From Paramaledivibacter caminithermalis DSM 15212 (GTDB taxonomy: Bacteria; Bacillota; Clostridia; Peptostreptococcales; Caminicellaceae): a stretch of 24,000 nucleotides of DNA. The translations under genes and the position numbers were made by a program. Position 1 is the first letter of the stretch, and every line of letters begins with the position of its first letter. Location of the stretch: assembly GCF_900142245.1 (NCBI RefSeq), contig NZ_FRAG01000006.1, positions 2,804-26,803 on the forward strand, written 5' to 3'. Below, piece after piece: positions 1 through 9,879 of this stretch. The notes beneath the pieces were generated by a model. It had not been told where the DNA came from and ran no database searches. It saw only the letters and a program-made list of their open reading frames with translations.

Positions 1-210
1 GGTATAACGATCACCCCAAGCAGCATCAAAGCTTATAGCTATCTTCTTTTCTTCGGTATCAACGCAGTATATAGGAACTAGTTTATTTGGAGCTATGGTT
101 TCTAAAACCTTATAGCTAATATCTTTAAATAATAATAAGGAAAGCAAGATAATGGTGAAGATTATAATAGCTATAATCACACTCTTTTTCGAAATAACAA
201 TAAGCCTCAT
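1..210 (-). CDS. Polysaccharide deacetylase family sporulation protein (PdaB-like), N-terminal 70 codons only; the rest lies beyond the window start
   Basis: Not in the ORF track because it runs off the window. Minus-strand ATG at 208-210 is preceded by the SD-like GGGGGAAATC. Translation is MRLIVISKKSVIIAIIIFTIILLSLLLFKDISYKVLETIAPNKLVPIYCVDTEEKKIAISFDAAWGDRYT. This is an N-terminal TM anchor followed by an ISFDAAWG-type start of a NodB deacetylase domain. Confidence 0.6.
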   Translation of the reverse strand, partial: MRLIVISKKSVIIAIIIFTIILLSLLLFKDISYKVLETIAPNKLVPIYCVDTEEKKIAISFDAAWGDRYT

Positions 211-277
211 GATTTCCCCCCTTATTTCTCTTATATATTTAATTTATTCTTAAGTAATTTTATTATTCTATATGTTT

Positions 278-314
278 AAAAAAAAATATAAAAAACAACC
301 CACTGTTTAGTGGG
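278..314 (-). terminator. Rho-independent terminator of the 325..1506 gene
   Basis: Minus strand reads CCCAC-UAAACA-GUGGG (299-314) followed by UUGUUUUUUAUAUUUUUUUUU, 10 nt after the stop codon. Confidence 0.7.
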
Positions 315-324
315 CCTTTTGCTG

Positions 325-1506
325 TTATTTCTTTTCTAATTTATATATTCTTAATTTCTTATCACCTATCTTAGTCTCATCAACTACATCTCTTTGATGT
401 TCTTGTATTGTAACTGTATCTTGATCTCCATCGCTTATATATCTTTTTTCTGGATGCTTATCAAAATATTCTAACCAAAATCTAATTCCCCATTCTCCAG
501 AACTTCCATGAACACGAGGTATATATCTATGATTAAATTCTTTATGTATAGAAGAATGTGCTGGATTAGCTCCAACTGCCAATGCACCAATGTTTTGATA
601 TTCTATACCATCAAAGGATCCATTATAAAGATAGTTTCGTTTTTCTTCACTTTTCGGTCTAGCTCCATAGGGTAATGCTAATGTATTGACTTCGTAATCA
701 GGTAAATATTGTTTTATGTATTTAACATTTTCAGCTAGTGTCTTTTGTATATCTTCTGCTGACAAAACACTAAGCTTATCATGCCCTGAAGTATGATTGC
801 CTATATCCATTCCTTTGTTTATAATATATTTAAGCTTATAATCAATTAAATCCTTCTGTCTAAATGGGTTCCTTCCATATATATAAAATGTTGCTTCAAG
901 ACCAAAATCTGGATGTTCCTTATAAAAATCTTCTAAAATACCAACAGCGCAATTGGGATCTACCTTTTTCTCTCCATTTTCTTCAATAATATTAAAATCA
1001 GAATTATTACCATCATCAAAGGTAATAACTACTGGAGTCTTACCAGCTTCTATATCGATATCATTATTAATATAATCATTTAAGCTAATCAGTCTATATC
1101 CTTTTTCGTAAAGAAGTTCTAAATCTTTTTTGAAATTTTCTCTTGTTCTTACAAAATCTTTCTCTTCATCTCCAAGGGCATGATACATAACAATCATTAC
1201 CTTTCCTGCTTCATTGGGTTTTATTTCTTGCAAATTTATTTCCTTTTCTTTCTTATCTTCTTGTTCTTTATCATTTGTATCAGGTTCAGAATCCAAATCG
1301 CTATTAGCTTCACTTAGTTCATTTTCATCAACATTCCTTTTATCATCATTCTCTTTTTCATTTTCCTTAACTTCTCTAACAATTTTTTCATTTCCTTCAA
1401 CCTTCGAATCATTGGTATTGTTTAAATTTATAGTTGAAGCAGTACATCCTGTAAATAAAACTACTGATAAAATCATTGCTATAATATTTTTTGCATATCT
1501 CTTCAA
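325..1506 (-). CDS. Lipoprotein polysaccharide deacetylase (NodB homology domain)
   Basis: 393-aa ORF with a signal peptide and lipobox (LFTG|C). A roughly 70-aa acidic low-complexity linker (E/D/K/N rich) follows, then deacetylase motifs VVITFDDG and HTSGHD. Confidence 0.8.
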   Translation of the reverse strand: MKRYAKNIIAMILSVVLFTGCTASTINLNNTNDSKVEGNEKIVREVKENEKENDDKRNVDENELSEANSDLDSEPDTNDKEQEDKKEKEINLQEIKPNEAGKVMIVMYHALGDEEKDFVRTRENFKKDLELLYEKGYRLISLNDYINNDIDIEAGKTPVVITFDDGNNSDFNIIEENGEKKVDPNCAVGILEDFYKEHPDFGLEATFYIYGRNPFRQKDLIDYKLKYIINKGMDIGNHTSGHDKLSVLSAEDIQKTLAENVKYIKQYLPDYEVNTLALPYGARPKSEEKRNYLYNGSFDGIEYQNIGALAVGANPAHSSIHKEFNHRYIPRVHGSSGEWGIRFWLEYFDKHPEKRYISDGDQDTVTIQEHQRDVVDETKIGDKKLRIYKLEKK

Positions 1507-1736
1507 ATTAATTCCTCCTTAGTATTTTAAAAATTGTGAATATATTTGTGGTAAATTCAAAAACTATTATTAAGTTAATTTCATCGATAACTAAAGACAG
1601 ACAACTTTAAAGTATTATAAATTCCATAGAAAAAAATATAGAAAGATTCATTATCTTCTATGAAATTTATATTAGGTTCTAATGTTGGTTATCGATAAAC
1701 CTATTTACTAAATGAGTCTCATAGGGAGTGTTTATC

Positions 1737-1925
1737 TTGTCAATTATTAGAAGCCAATATACAAATATCAAAGGTAAAAGAACTGAATTAGGTAGAAAAA
1801 CCTTTAAAGAGGAAGATAGACATTGGCATAAAGAGGCAAAATCCCAAAAATCTCAGCTAGAGAGTTCTCATAATCATGGTATTCGTAAAGATGTAAAAGT
1901 AAAAATGAATAGGAAGCTAACATAG
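1737..1925 (+). CDS. Hypothetical small, very basic hydrophilic protein (about 62 aa); doubtful
   Basis: AGGGAG SD-like motif sits 8 nt upstream of a TTG at 1737 (the ORF track begins at GTG 1728). Product is K/R/H/E/S rich with no hydrophobic core. It is followed by the 1954..1978 hairpin. No family recognised. Confidence 0.2.
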   Translation: MSIIRSQYTNIKGKRTELGRKTFKEEDRHWHKEAKSQKSQLESSHNHGIRKDVKVKMNRKLT

Positions 1926-1953
1926 GGCAATAGGATAGCTTATCTACAATCTC

Positions 1954-1978
1954 AATAGGGTAGTCTTTCTACCCTATT
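1954..1978. terminator. Perfect 10-bp hairpin between convergent genes (no U-tract)
   Basis: AATAGGGTAG-tcttt-CTACCCTATT. It overlaps the last codons and stop (1969-1971) of the minus-strand Fe-S gene. Neither strand has a clear T-run after it. Confidence 0.4.
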
Positions 1979-2661
1979 CTAATTACATTAGTTCCTACAG
2001 GACAATTTTTAATACAAATACCACATACGGAACCCCTGCCAATATGCTTATAGTGATTTGACATATGCTCGCTACACGCCTGTGCATCTATAAGTTCTTC
2101 TCGCTTTATACCAGCGTACCACATATTTCCTCTCAATGCTAGTGCTGGGCATGCCTTAACACATTTATTACAATCTCCGCAAAAAGAATTAGTTATAGGT
2201 TCATCATATGCAACCTCCATATTTGTAAGTATAGTACCTAATCTAATCCTTGGTCCAAATTCCTTTGTTATAAGACAAGCATTTTTCCCTATCCAGCCAA
2301 GACCTGCTCTTGTAGCAGCAGTTCTGTGGGGAAATATTCCTTTATATTTATTTCCATCAATATTAACTGATTGAGATGCAGCAATAGGCATAGCTAAATA
2401 TCCCCACTGCTGTAATTTTGATACTCCGCTTAAAATAATTTGATCTATTTTATAGTTTACAGTTCTATAATGATGGAAATAACTATGGGTAGGTTCTTCT
2501 TCAATTTCATTAATAATTTGGTCTGACAGTCTAAAAATAACTGAGATCCCAGTTTTTAAATGTTTATATTTGTTGGGTAATACATCCTCAAGATAACCAA
2601 AACCTACCTTTGCAGCTCCTAAACTAATAAGCAAATTTTTTAATTTTTCTCTGTAGTCCAT
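1969..2661 (-). CDS. 4Fe-4S double-cluster protein, QueG/epoxyqueuosine-reductase-like
   Basis: Two ferredoxin-type motifs, CGDCNKCVKACP and CGICIKNCP. Start trimmed to ATG 2661 (MDYREKL), which is preceded by GGAGGAAGAAA. The track start at 2703 has no SD. Confidence 0.7.
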   Translation of the reverse strand: MDYREKLKNLLISLGAAKVGFGYLEDVLPNKYKHLKTGISVIFRLSDQIINEIEEEPTHSYFHHYRTVNYKIDQIILSGVSKLQQWGYLAMPIAASQSVNIDGNKYKGIFPHRTAATRAGLGWIGKNACLITKEFGPRIRLGTILTNMEVAYDEPITNSFCGDCNKCVKACPALALRGNMWYAGIKREELIDAQACSEHMSNHYKHIGRGSVCGICIKNCPVGTNVIRIG

Positions 2662-2938
2662 TTTCTTCCTCCAATATGATTTTATAAAAATCATAAATAC
2701 CATATAATAATATTTTACTACATTTTTTCACAATTTTTTTATACATATTTTACCTAATCTATCATTTCTATTTTACTATACTAAAAAATATACTTAAAAG
2801 CTTAAATTGTCAACATAATTCTTTTGTAAAATGGTTAAATTATAATTACAACCAAAAAGATATTACTAATAATTATTTCTCAGCATTAGTATAAGGTAAT
2901 ACCTTAGGTTGTAAAATATAATTAAAGGAGGATAAACA

Positions 2939-3145
2939 ATGGCACGTAATAAAGCTGTAGTTCCTGAAGCTAGAGCAGCCCTTAACAGCTTTAAGCTTGA
3001 AATTGCCAATGAATTAGGTTTAGCAAATTATGATACCATAGATAAAGGAAATTTAACTTCTCGACAAAATGGTTATGTTGGTGGATACATGACTAAACGT
3101 CTTGTTGAAATGGCGGAAAGACAAATGTCTGGAGGAACAAAATAA
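2939..3145 (+). CDS. Small acid-soluble spore protein, alpha/beta type
   Basis: 68 aa: MARNKAVVPEARAALNSFKLEIANELGL...NGYVGGYMTKRLVEMAE, the classic alpha/beta SASP signature. AAAGGAGG SD lies 7 nt upstream and a strong terminator lies downstream. Confidence 0.9.
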   Translation: MARNKAVVPEARAALNSFKLEIANELGLANYDTIDKGNLTSRQNGYVGGYMTKRLVEMAERQMSGGTK

Positions 3146-3168
3146 AATAGTTTAATAGATAAATATTT

Positions 3169-3218
3169 AAAATCACTGACAAACCCACGAATTCAGTCGT
3201 GGGTTTGTCAGTGATTTT
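3169..3218 (+). terminator. Rho-independent terminator of the SASP gene
   Basis: Perfect 22-bp stem AAAATCACTGACAAACCCACGA / TCGTGGGTTTGTCAGTGATTTT with a 6-nt loop, ending in a T-run. Confidence 0.85.
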
Positions 3219-3521
3219 AAAAGTCCTTATACCCTATAATTTCTTTTGAATATATATTTTTCTTATTCTTTCTTTTACTAAATTTCTATCTAACGGATCA
3301 TAAATTATAGGAGTTTTGGTAAAAACTTTAATTTACATACGGCCAAAGCGCCCATAATCATTGTACATTTGTGCATGTATAAATTAAATTTTTCTATTGG
3401 AAATCTATATTACTCCTTCAAATCATCATGATTGTTTATCTTTTCTCCTGTAATACTCTTTATAAGTCTAAGTTTCATTATAAAATTTTCACATATTATT
3501 GATGAATGAGTTCAATAAATA

Positions 3522-3530
3522 TGATATAAT
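3522..3530 (+). promoter_or_regulatory. Extended -10 promoter element (TGaTATAAT) upstream of the DUF4364 gene
   Basis: TGATATAAT sits about 80 nt upstream of the 3609 start. No good -35 at 17-nt spacing. Confidence 0.35.
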
Positions 3531-3608
3531 TTACTAAGTGTAGATAATTAAATTAATTAATTTTTGTTTAAATTGGTTATTTTTAAGCCTTAAGGTGTGG
3601 TGTTAAAA

Positions 3609-4136
3609 ATGTTTGCTAACAATAGTAAAGATGAAGCAAAAAATAAATTATTACTTTTATATATTTTTAATAAATTTGAAATTGCTATTACTAATAATCA
3701 AATAACAGATTTTGTTATGGAAAATGAATTGCTTAACTATTTTGTACTTCAACAGTTCTTATCTGAATTAGTTAATACATCATTATTAGAATACACTCAA
3801 AATGAAGACCATTATTATTATTTAATTACTGAAAAAGGAAAAGATACTCTTAATTATTTTAAAGATAGATTATCTGATAAATTCCTTTCAAGAATAGATA
3901 TGTTAATTGAAAAAAAGAAAAAAATACTTTTAAAGGAAACACAGATTTCTGCCAACTATAAGAAAAAATCTAAAAACGATTACTTAGTTGAACTTAAAGT
4001 CATAGAAAATGATATAACTTTAATTGACCTAAAATTAGATGTAGTGTCTAATAAACAAGCAAAAACTATTTGTGACAATTGGAAAAATAATGCTCCCGAT
4101 ATATATGGAGAAATAATTAAACTACTAATAGATTAA
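3609..4136 (+). CDS. DUF4364 family protein (PadR-like winged-helix fold, common in Clostridia)
   Basis: N-terminal NKLLLLYIFNKFEIAITNNQITDFVMENELLNYFVLQQFLSELV pattern matches my recollection of DUF4364. ATG 3609 is preceded by AAGGTGTGG; the track start at 3597 is a GTG inside that SD. Confidence 0.65.
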   Translation: MFANNSKDEAKNKLLLLYIFNKFEIAITNNQITDFVMENELLNYFVLQQFLSELVNTSLLEYTQNEDHYYYLITEKGKDTLNYFKDRLSDKFLSRIDMLIEKKKKILLKETQISANYKKKSKNDYLVELKVIENDITLIDLKLDVVSNKQAKTICDNWKNNAPDIYGEIIKLLID

Positions 4137-4152
4137 TATAATTTAAATATAT

Positions 4153-5067
4153 CTATATACATAAAATACCTGTAGGCTCTTTGCCTACTTTGATATTCTT
4201 TACTAAATAGAATCTCTTTAAATCAATAATAGAAACAGTATTATCTCCAATATTTGTTGTAAGTAAATACTTATTTCGGGAATCTACTTCTATACCTAGA
4301 GGCATTTTTCCTACCCTAATACTATCAATGATTCTTCTATCTTTTCTGTCTAAAATGTAGACAACATTAAGCTCCATATCAGTAATATATAAATGATCTT
4401 TATTTAACCCATATGTAACATCCATGGGGGTTTTTCCTATCTCTATCTTATCTTGAATCTTTAATTCCTTAGTATCCAATATTGTTATACTGCCCTTTCT
4501 AAGGCTTGAAAAATTAGTGTTGACTATATATAAGCTTTTTCCATCTCTATTCAATCTCATATGATAGGGATTTTGATTAACATAAATATTTCTTTCTCTT
4601 TGGTTAGTGACAGTATTGATAACCGATAAGGTATTTGTTTTAAAATTACATACAAAAAGTAAGCTTCCATCTCTATTAAGCTTTACATCATGTGGCATTT
4701 CTCCAACAGGAATCTGTGCTTGCAGAATCATTTTTTTTGCATCAACTACTGAAATAGAATTTGAATCTTCATTTGCTACGTATAATGAACCATTTTTTTT
4801 ATTAAGAACTAAATGACAAGGATTACTTCCTACATAGACCGTATCTATAATCATGTCAAGAATCAAGTCATATTTGCATACGCTGGAATTATAAGGATTG
4901 GAAATATAGAGAAACTTACTGCATAGATCTTCTACGACATGATGGGACCCAAAGGATTTTTTGAGGAATATTTTTGCCACCTCACGTAGGCTTATCATAT
5001 TAATAATTGAAAGTGTATCATCACCTGCATTAGAAATAATGATGGTTAATGCATTTATATTCCTCAT
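4153..5067 (-). CDS. YVTN-family beta-propeller repeat protein (YncE-like), apparently cytoplasmic
   Basis: Repeated units of about 40 aa: LYVANEDSNSISVVD, LFVCNFKTNTLSVIN, LYIVNTNF, LYITDMELNVVYILD, LLTTNIGDNTVSIID. Start trimmed to ATG 5067 (MRNINAL), preceded by GGAGGTATATGG. Confidence 0.7.
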   Translation of the reverse strand: MRNINALTIIISNAGDDTLSIINMISLREVAKIFLKKSFGSHHVVEDLCSKFLYISNPYNSSVCKYDLILDMIIDTVYVGSNPCHLVLNKKNGSLYVANEDSNSISVVDAKKMILQAQIPVGEMPHDVKLNRDGSLLFVCNFKTNTLSVINTVTNQRERNIYVNQNPYHMRLNRDGKSLYIVNTNFSSLRKGSITILDTKELKIQDKIEIGKTPMDVTYGLNKDHLYITDMELNVVYILDRKDRRIIDSIRVGKMPLGIEVDSRNKYLLTTNIGDNTVSIIDLKRFYLVKNIKVGKEPTGILCI

Positions 5068-5149
5068 CCATATACCTCCAAAAAAATATATTAAGACGTT
5101 CATCTTAATTACTATAGTATGTAATTTTCTCTTGTCACGTGATAATAAG

Positions 5150-5174
5150 CAAAAAAAATAGCGGCAAAACCGCT
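5150..5174 (-). terminator. Rho-independent terminator of folC
   Basis: Minus strand reads AGCGG-UUUUG-CCGCU followed by AUUUUUUUU. The stem overlaps the TAG stop (5173-5175). Confidence 0.6.
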
Positions 5175-6471
5175 AAATATTCTTTGTAAGTTTTTTTCTT
5201 ACATTTCCTATCATATATAATGAGCCACAGTATAAAATCAAGTCATCTTCTTTAGCTATTCTTAGAGATTCATCCACTGCACTTGCTATATCTTCATATT
5301 CTACTGGAATATTACCTAATGCTTCAATTTTCTCTTTTAGCTCAGCTAGTGAAATAGCCCTTGGATTATTAGGCCTAGTTATTATAACTTCATGGCATAG
5401 GGGAATAATCTCTTTCAATATGCCATCTACATCTTTATCACCCAATACTCCAATAACTCCGATTAATCTACCATAATTAAAGATTTCTTTTATAGATTTT
5501 TTTAGAGCCTTAGCTCCATGAATATTGTGGGCACCATCAATAAGCAAAGTCGGGCATCTTCTGATAACTTCAAGCCTACCAGGCCATTTTGCATTCTTAA
5601 GACCATTTCTTATTGAGTTCTCACTTATATTAATTTTGTGATACTCTCTTAAAGCATAAATAACCATTAATGCTACTGCTGCATTGTTGGCTTGATGCAT
5701 ACCTAGTAATTGTATCTCTAAATTCCTAAGCCTTATATCAGGCAAATCTATATTAAATTCAATACCAAATTCATCATATTTGTTTATCTCAATTGATTCT
5801 ATGGGTGCTACCAATAGTTTTGTTTTTCTCTCATTACAGACATTTTCTATTACTTCCATGGCTTCTTCTTCCTGGGGATGTACTACTGTAATACTATGTT
5901 CTTTTATAATCCCAGCCTTTTCATAGGCTATTTTATCTAGGGTATCTCCAAGATATTGGATATGATCAAATGATATGGGAGTTATTACTGAGACTAGGGG
6001 TTTTTCTATAACATTTGTTGAATCAAGTCTTCCCCCAAGTCCTACCTCCAGTACTACATAATCAACTTCCTTTAAGCTATAATAAAGCATAGCAATTGCT
6101 GTTACTATCTCAAATTCTGTAGGATGATTTTTACCTTCCTTCAACATAACTTCTACCTTTGTTTTAACTTTCTCAGTAACCTCAGCCAAATCATCCTTAG
6201 GTATATTTTGACCATTTATTCTTATTCTTTCAGTAAATTCCTCAAGATAGGGTGAAGTAAATAAGCCCACTTTATATCCTTGCTCTATAAGTATCTGACT
6301 AATAAAAGTTGAAGTTGAACCCTTGCCATTTGTACCTGCAACATGAATAACTTTTAACTTCTTTTGAGGATTTCCAAGGAGTTTAAGTAAATATCTAATA
6401 TTTTCAAGCCCAAGCTTGCTTCCAAATTTATATGTACCATGAATATACTCTAAAGCTTCACTGTAATTCAC
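5173..6471 (-). CDS. folC: Bifunctional folylpolyglutamate synthase / dihydrofolate synthase
   Basis: Mur-ligase P-loop HVAGTNGKGST, plus GLGGRLDSTNV and DGAHN motifs. Conserved position directly after valS. I prefer the GTG start at 6471, which has GAGGAGGG 5 nt upstream. The ATG at 6486 (track start) has no SD. Confidence 0.9.
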   Translation of the reverse strand: MNYSEALEYIHGTYKFGSKLGLENIRYLLKLLGNPQKKLKVIHVAGTNGKGSTSTFISQILIEQGYKVGLFTSPYLEEFTERIRINGQNIPKDDLAEVTEKVKTKVEVMLKEGKNHPTEFEIVTAIAMLYYSLKEVDYVVLEVGLGGRLDSTNVIEKPLVSVITPISFDHIQYLGDTLDKIAYEKAGIIKEHSITVVHPQEEEAMEVIENVCNERKTKLLVAPIESIEINKYDEFGIEFNIDLPDIRLRNLEIQLLGMHQANNAAVALMVIYALREYHKINISENSIRNGLKNAKWPGRLEVIRRCPTLLIDGAHNIHGAKALKKSIKEIFNYGRLIGVIGVLGDKDVDGILKEIIPLCHEVIITRPNNPRAISLAELKEKIEALGNIPVEYEDIASAVDESLRIAKEDDLILYCGSLYMIGNVRKKLTKNI

Positions 6472-6502
6472 ATTAGCCCTCCTCATATAATATGTTTAAA
6501 TG

Positions 6503-6523
6503 AGCCGAGCCATTTGCTCGGCT
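6503..6523 (-). terminator. Hairpin between valS and folC (weak or partial terminator)
   Basis: AGCCGAGC-aaatg-GCTCGGCT lies 7 nt after the valS stop. It is followed by CAUUUAAAC, a poor U-tract, so read-through into folC is likely. Confidence 0.35.
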
Positions 6524-6529
6524 ATAAAA

Positions 6530-9184
6530 CTACTTCAATTTATTTTGAGTATACTCTAATCTTTCTAAAACTTTATTATACATTTCCTGATATTTTTCTT
6601 TTTTCTCCTTTTCTTCTTCAACTAATTTAGCTGGTGCCTTACTGATAAAACCTTCATTAGACAGCTTTTTATTAACTCTATCCAGTTCTTTTTCAAGCTT
6701 ATCCTTTTCTTTTTGTAATCTATCAAGTTCTTTTTCAAAATCTACAAGGTCATCAAGTGGAATAAATATTTCAGCACCATCAATTACTGTAGAAATTGAA
6801 TCCTCTGGAATATTGGATTTGTTATCTTGAATTATTACTTCAGAAGCACTAGCTAAAGTAATCAAATAACTCTTGTTTTCTTCTATTGTTTTGAAAGCAT
6901 TATCATTGGCTACAACAATCACCTTAGCTTTTTTAGATGGAGCTACATTCATCTCTGCCCTTATATTTCTTATATTTTTGATTGCTTCCATTATTAATTC
7001 CATTTTCTTCTCTTCATCGGGCTTTATTTTCTCTTTTTCTGCCCTTGTCCACTCAGATGTTATTATATAATCTCTACTATTTGGTAGATGTCCCCAAATC
7101 TCTTCAGTTATAAAAGGCATAAATGGATGGAGTAGCTTTAAAAATCCCTCTAAAACCTCTAAAAGAACATCCTGAGCAGTACGTTTGGAATTGAAATCTT
7201 CACCATATAATCTTGGTTTAACTAGTTCAATATACCAATCACAATATTCGTTCCATATGAAATCATAAATCTTTTGTGCCGCTATTCCCAACTCAAATTT
7301 TTCTAGGTTTTTCGTTATTTCATCTGCAACTGTATTTAATCTAGATAAAATCCATCTATCGGAAAGAGTCAGTTTTCTTTCATATTCTTTATTTAATTCT
7401 TCTTTGTTTAAGTTCATCAGTACAAACCTCGATGCATTCCACAGCTTGTTAGCAAAATTTCTACAGTTTTCTACTCTTTCCATATAAAATCTCATGTCAT
7501 TACCAGGGCTATTACCTGTTGCCAACATAAATCTTAATGCATCAGCTCCATACATATCTATTACCTCTAATGGATCTACACCATTTCCTAATGACTTACT
7601 CATCTTTCTACCCTGTGAATCTCTAACTAAGCCATGAACAAAAACATGTTTGAATGGAACCTTTCCTATTTGGTCTAAAGCTGAAAATACCATTCTAACA
7701 ACCCAGAAGAAAATAATATCATATCCCGTTACTAATACATTAGTTGGATAAAAATACTTAAGATCTTCAGTTTCTTCTGGCCAGCCTAAAGTTGAAAATG
7801 GCCATAATGCAGAACTAAACCATGTATCTAGTACATCTTCATCTTGGCTAAGCTTGGTCGAATCACATTTCGTACAATTTTCTGGTTTATCTTTGCTAAC
7901 AATTATCTCTCCACAGTCATGGCAGTAATATGCCGGTATTCTATGTCCCCACCATAACTGTCTTGATATACACCAGTCTTTGATATTTTCTAACCAATGT
8001 AGGTATATCTTACTAAATCTATCAGGTACAAATTTTAGATCTCCCTTTTTAACTGCTTCAATAGCTGGTTTTGCTAATTCTTCCATTTTAACGAACCACT
8101 GGTCTGAAAGCATAGGCTCAACTACAGTATTACATCTATAACAGGCACCAACGTTATGATTATGTTCCTTAGTTTTAACTAAATATCCTTGTTCTTTTAA
8201 ATCCTTTACAAGGGCTTTCCTACACTCATATCTATCCATACCTTCGTATTTTCCTGCGTTTTCGTTCATTGTTGCGTCTTCATTCATTACAATAATCTGT
8301 GGAAGGTTATGTCTAATACCTACTTCAAAATCATTAGGGTCATGGGCTGGAGTTATTTTAACCGCTCCAGTTCCAAAGTCCATTTCAACATACTCGTCTG
8401 CTATAACTGGAATTTCTCTATTTACTATTGGAAGTATAAGAGTCTTTCCAATCAAATGCTTATATCTATCATCTTCTGGATGTACTGCAACAGCTGTATC
8501 TCCTAGCATAGTCTCTGGTCTAGTAGTAGCAATTTCTACATATTCATCACTATCCTTTACCGGATACTTAATATGCCAGAAGAAACCTTGTTTCTCTTCA
8601 TGCTCAACTTCAGCATCAGACAAAGATGTCTTACAATCTGGACACCAATTTATTAGTCTATTTCCCCTATAAATATATCCTTTTTCATATAGTTTAATGA
8701 AAACCTCAGTTACTGCTTTATTGCAGCCTTCATCCATAGTAAATCTTTCTCTGGACCAATCGCATGAATTTCCAAGCTTTTTCATTTGCTCAACTATTCT
8801 ATTGCCATATTCTTCCTTCCATTTCCATGCTCTCTTTAAAAACTCTTCTCTACCTATTTCTTCCTTAGTTTTTCCTTCTTCATTATAAATTTTTTCAACA
8901 ACCTTTACTTCTGTAGCTATACTTGCATGATCTGTTCCAGGAAGCCATAGAGCAGCATAACCCTGCATTCTTTTCCATCTAATAAGTATATCTTGTAAAG
9001 TCTGGTCTAATGCATGACCCATATGAAGCTGTCCTGTAATATTGGGGGGAGGTAATACTATTGTATATGTCTCCTTCTCTGGATCCAATTCAGGTTTAAA
9101 AAGATTGTTCTCCATCCACATACTATAGATTTTTTCTTCAAATTCTTTAGGATTATATTTTGTTGCTAAGTTCTCTTTAGTCAT
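6530..9184 (-). CDS. valS: Valine--tRNA ligase
   Basis: 884 aa with class I HIGH ([12 protein letters not shown]) and KMSKS motifs. The CP1 editing region and C-terminal coiled coil are typical of ValRS. AAGGAG SD lies 8 nt upstream. Confidence 0.97.
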   Translation of the reverse strand: MTKENLATKYNPKEFEEKIYSMWMENNLFKPELDPEKETYTIVLPPPNITGQLHMGHALDQTLQDILIRWKRMQGYAALWLPGTDHASIATEVKVVEKIYNEEGKTKEEIGREEFLKRAWKWKEEYGNRIVEQMKKLGNSCDWSRERFTMDEGCNKAVTEVFIKLYEKGYIYRGNRLINWCPDCKTSLSDAEVEHEEKQGFFWHIKYPVKDSDEYVEIATTRPETMLGDTAVAVHPEDDRYKHLIGKTLILPIVNREIPVIADEYVEMDFGTGAVKITPAHDPNDFEVGIRHNLPQIIVMNEDATMNENAGKYEGMDRYECRKALVKDLKEQGYLVKTKEHNHNVGACYRCNTVVEPMLSDQWFVKMEELAKPAIEAVKKGDLKFVPDRFSKIYLHWLENIKDWCISRQLWWGHRIPAYYCHDCGEIIVSKDKPENCTKCDSTKLSQDEDVLDTWFSSALWPFSTLGWPEETEDLKYFYPTNVLVTGYDIIFFWVVRMVFSALDQIGKVPFKHVFVHGLVRDSQGRKMSKSLGNGVDPLEVIDMYGADALRFMLATGNSPGNDMRFYMERVENCRNFANKLWNASRFVLMNLNKEELNKEYERKLTLSDRWILSRLNTVADEITKNLEKFELGIAAQKIYDFIWNEYCDWYIELVKPRLYGEDFNSKRTAQDVLLEVLEGFLKLLHPFMPFITEEIWGHLPNSRDYIITSEWTRAEKEKIKPDEEKKMELIMEAIKNIRNIRAEMNVAPSKKAKVIVVANDNAFKTIEENKSYLITLASASEVIIQDNKSNIPEDSISTVIDGAEIFIPLDDLVDFEKELDRLQKEKDKLEKELDRVNKKLSNEGFISKAPAKLVEEEKEKKEKYQEMYNKVLERLEYTQNKLK

Positions 9185-9265
9185 ACTACCAACTCCTTAT
9201 ATATTATTTTCAATCATTTATCTAAAAAAATATTACTTAAATATTGAATCTTTATTTGTTCAAAT

Positions 9266-9772
9266 TTATTTAAATTGCTGAGGTATATTATATCTTGCCA
9301 TTATATACTCATCAACATATTTACCATTTCTTACTATTGAATATTTCTTTTTACCTTCTATTTCAAAGCCAAGGGATTTATAAAGGTTTACAGCCCTTTC
9401 ATTACCTTCTAATACTCCTAATTCTATCCTAATCAACATTAACCAATTATCTGCTAAATCAATGATCTTTTCCACAAGCTTTCTTCCAATACCCTGCCCT
9501 TGATATTCTCTTCTTACACTTATTCCAAAATCAGCTGAATGTTTCATCCTAGGGTTCTTCATAATAGTAAGTCCAGCAACACCTACTACCTTTCCTTGAA
9601 CCTCTGCAACTAATTGATGTGAATTTGAATCTAAATTTCTTATGAAATTTTCACTCTTCATAACTGTTTCAGTAATAATCCCCAAAGTATTTTCCCTTAC
9701 TCCATCCTGTATCCTTATCTCATTAATATCAGAAGCATCACTTATCTTTATAGGTCTAATAATAAAATCCAT
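9266..9772 (-). CDS. GNAT family N-acetyltransferase
   Basis: Acetyl-CoA motif A is QGQGIGRKLVEKI. Size (about 168 aa) and layout are typical of GNAT. Start trimmed to ATG 9772 (MDFIIRP), 8 nt after the GGGGG SD. Confidence 0.85.
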   Translation of the reverse strand: MDFIIRPIKISDASDINEIRIQDGVRENTLGIITETVMKSENFIRNLDSNSHQLVAEVQGKVVGVAGLTIMKNPRMKHSADFGISVRREYQGQGIGRKLVEKIIDLADNWLMLIRIELGVLEGNERAVNLYKSLGFEIEGKKKYSIVRNGKYVDEYIMARYNIPQQFK

Positions 9773-9879
9773 CCCCATTTCCCCCTTCAAAAATTTTCCT
9801 CCATTCTATCTAGAATGACCCTAATCCTAATACTCAATCTTAGTCTCAATCTTAATCTTCCCCAATAGCTTTGACCTTC

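Noticed and set aside
1581-1700. Two copies of ATCGATAA-containing palindromic sites (1581..1591 and 1689..1698), about 107 nt apart, upstream of the lipoprotein deacetylase gene
   Set aside because: Only 8-10 nt are shared. This cannot be distinguished from chance without comparative data.
2860-2938. Looked for a forespore sigma-G/sigma-F promoter upstream of the SASP gene. Also noted the 15-nt palindrome TAAGGTA-A-TACCTTA at 2892..2906.
   Set aside because: I could not place a convincing GHATR(17-18)CATxxTA or sigma-F-type match by eye, so no promoter is claimed. The palindrome is short and could be chance or a 5' UTR stem.
5135-5142. Palindrome TCACGTGA upstream of the beta-propeller gene, near a possible GTGACA / TATAGT promoter
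   Set aside because: An 8-bp palindrome alone is weak evidence, and the promoter match is mediocre, so it is not reported as a feature.
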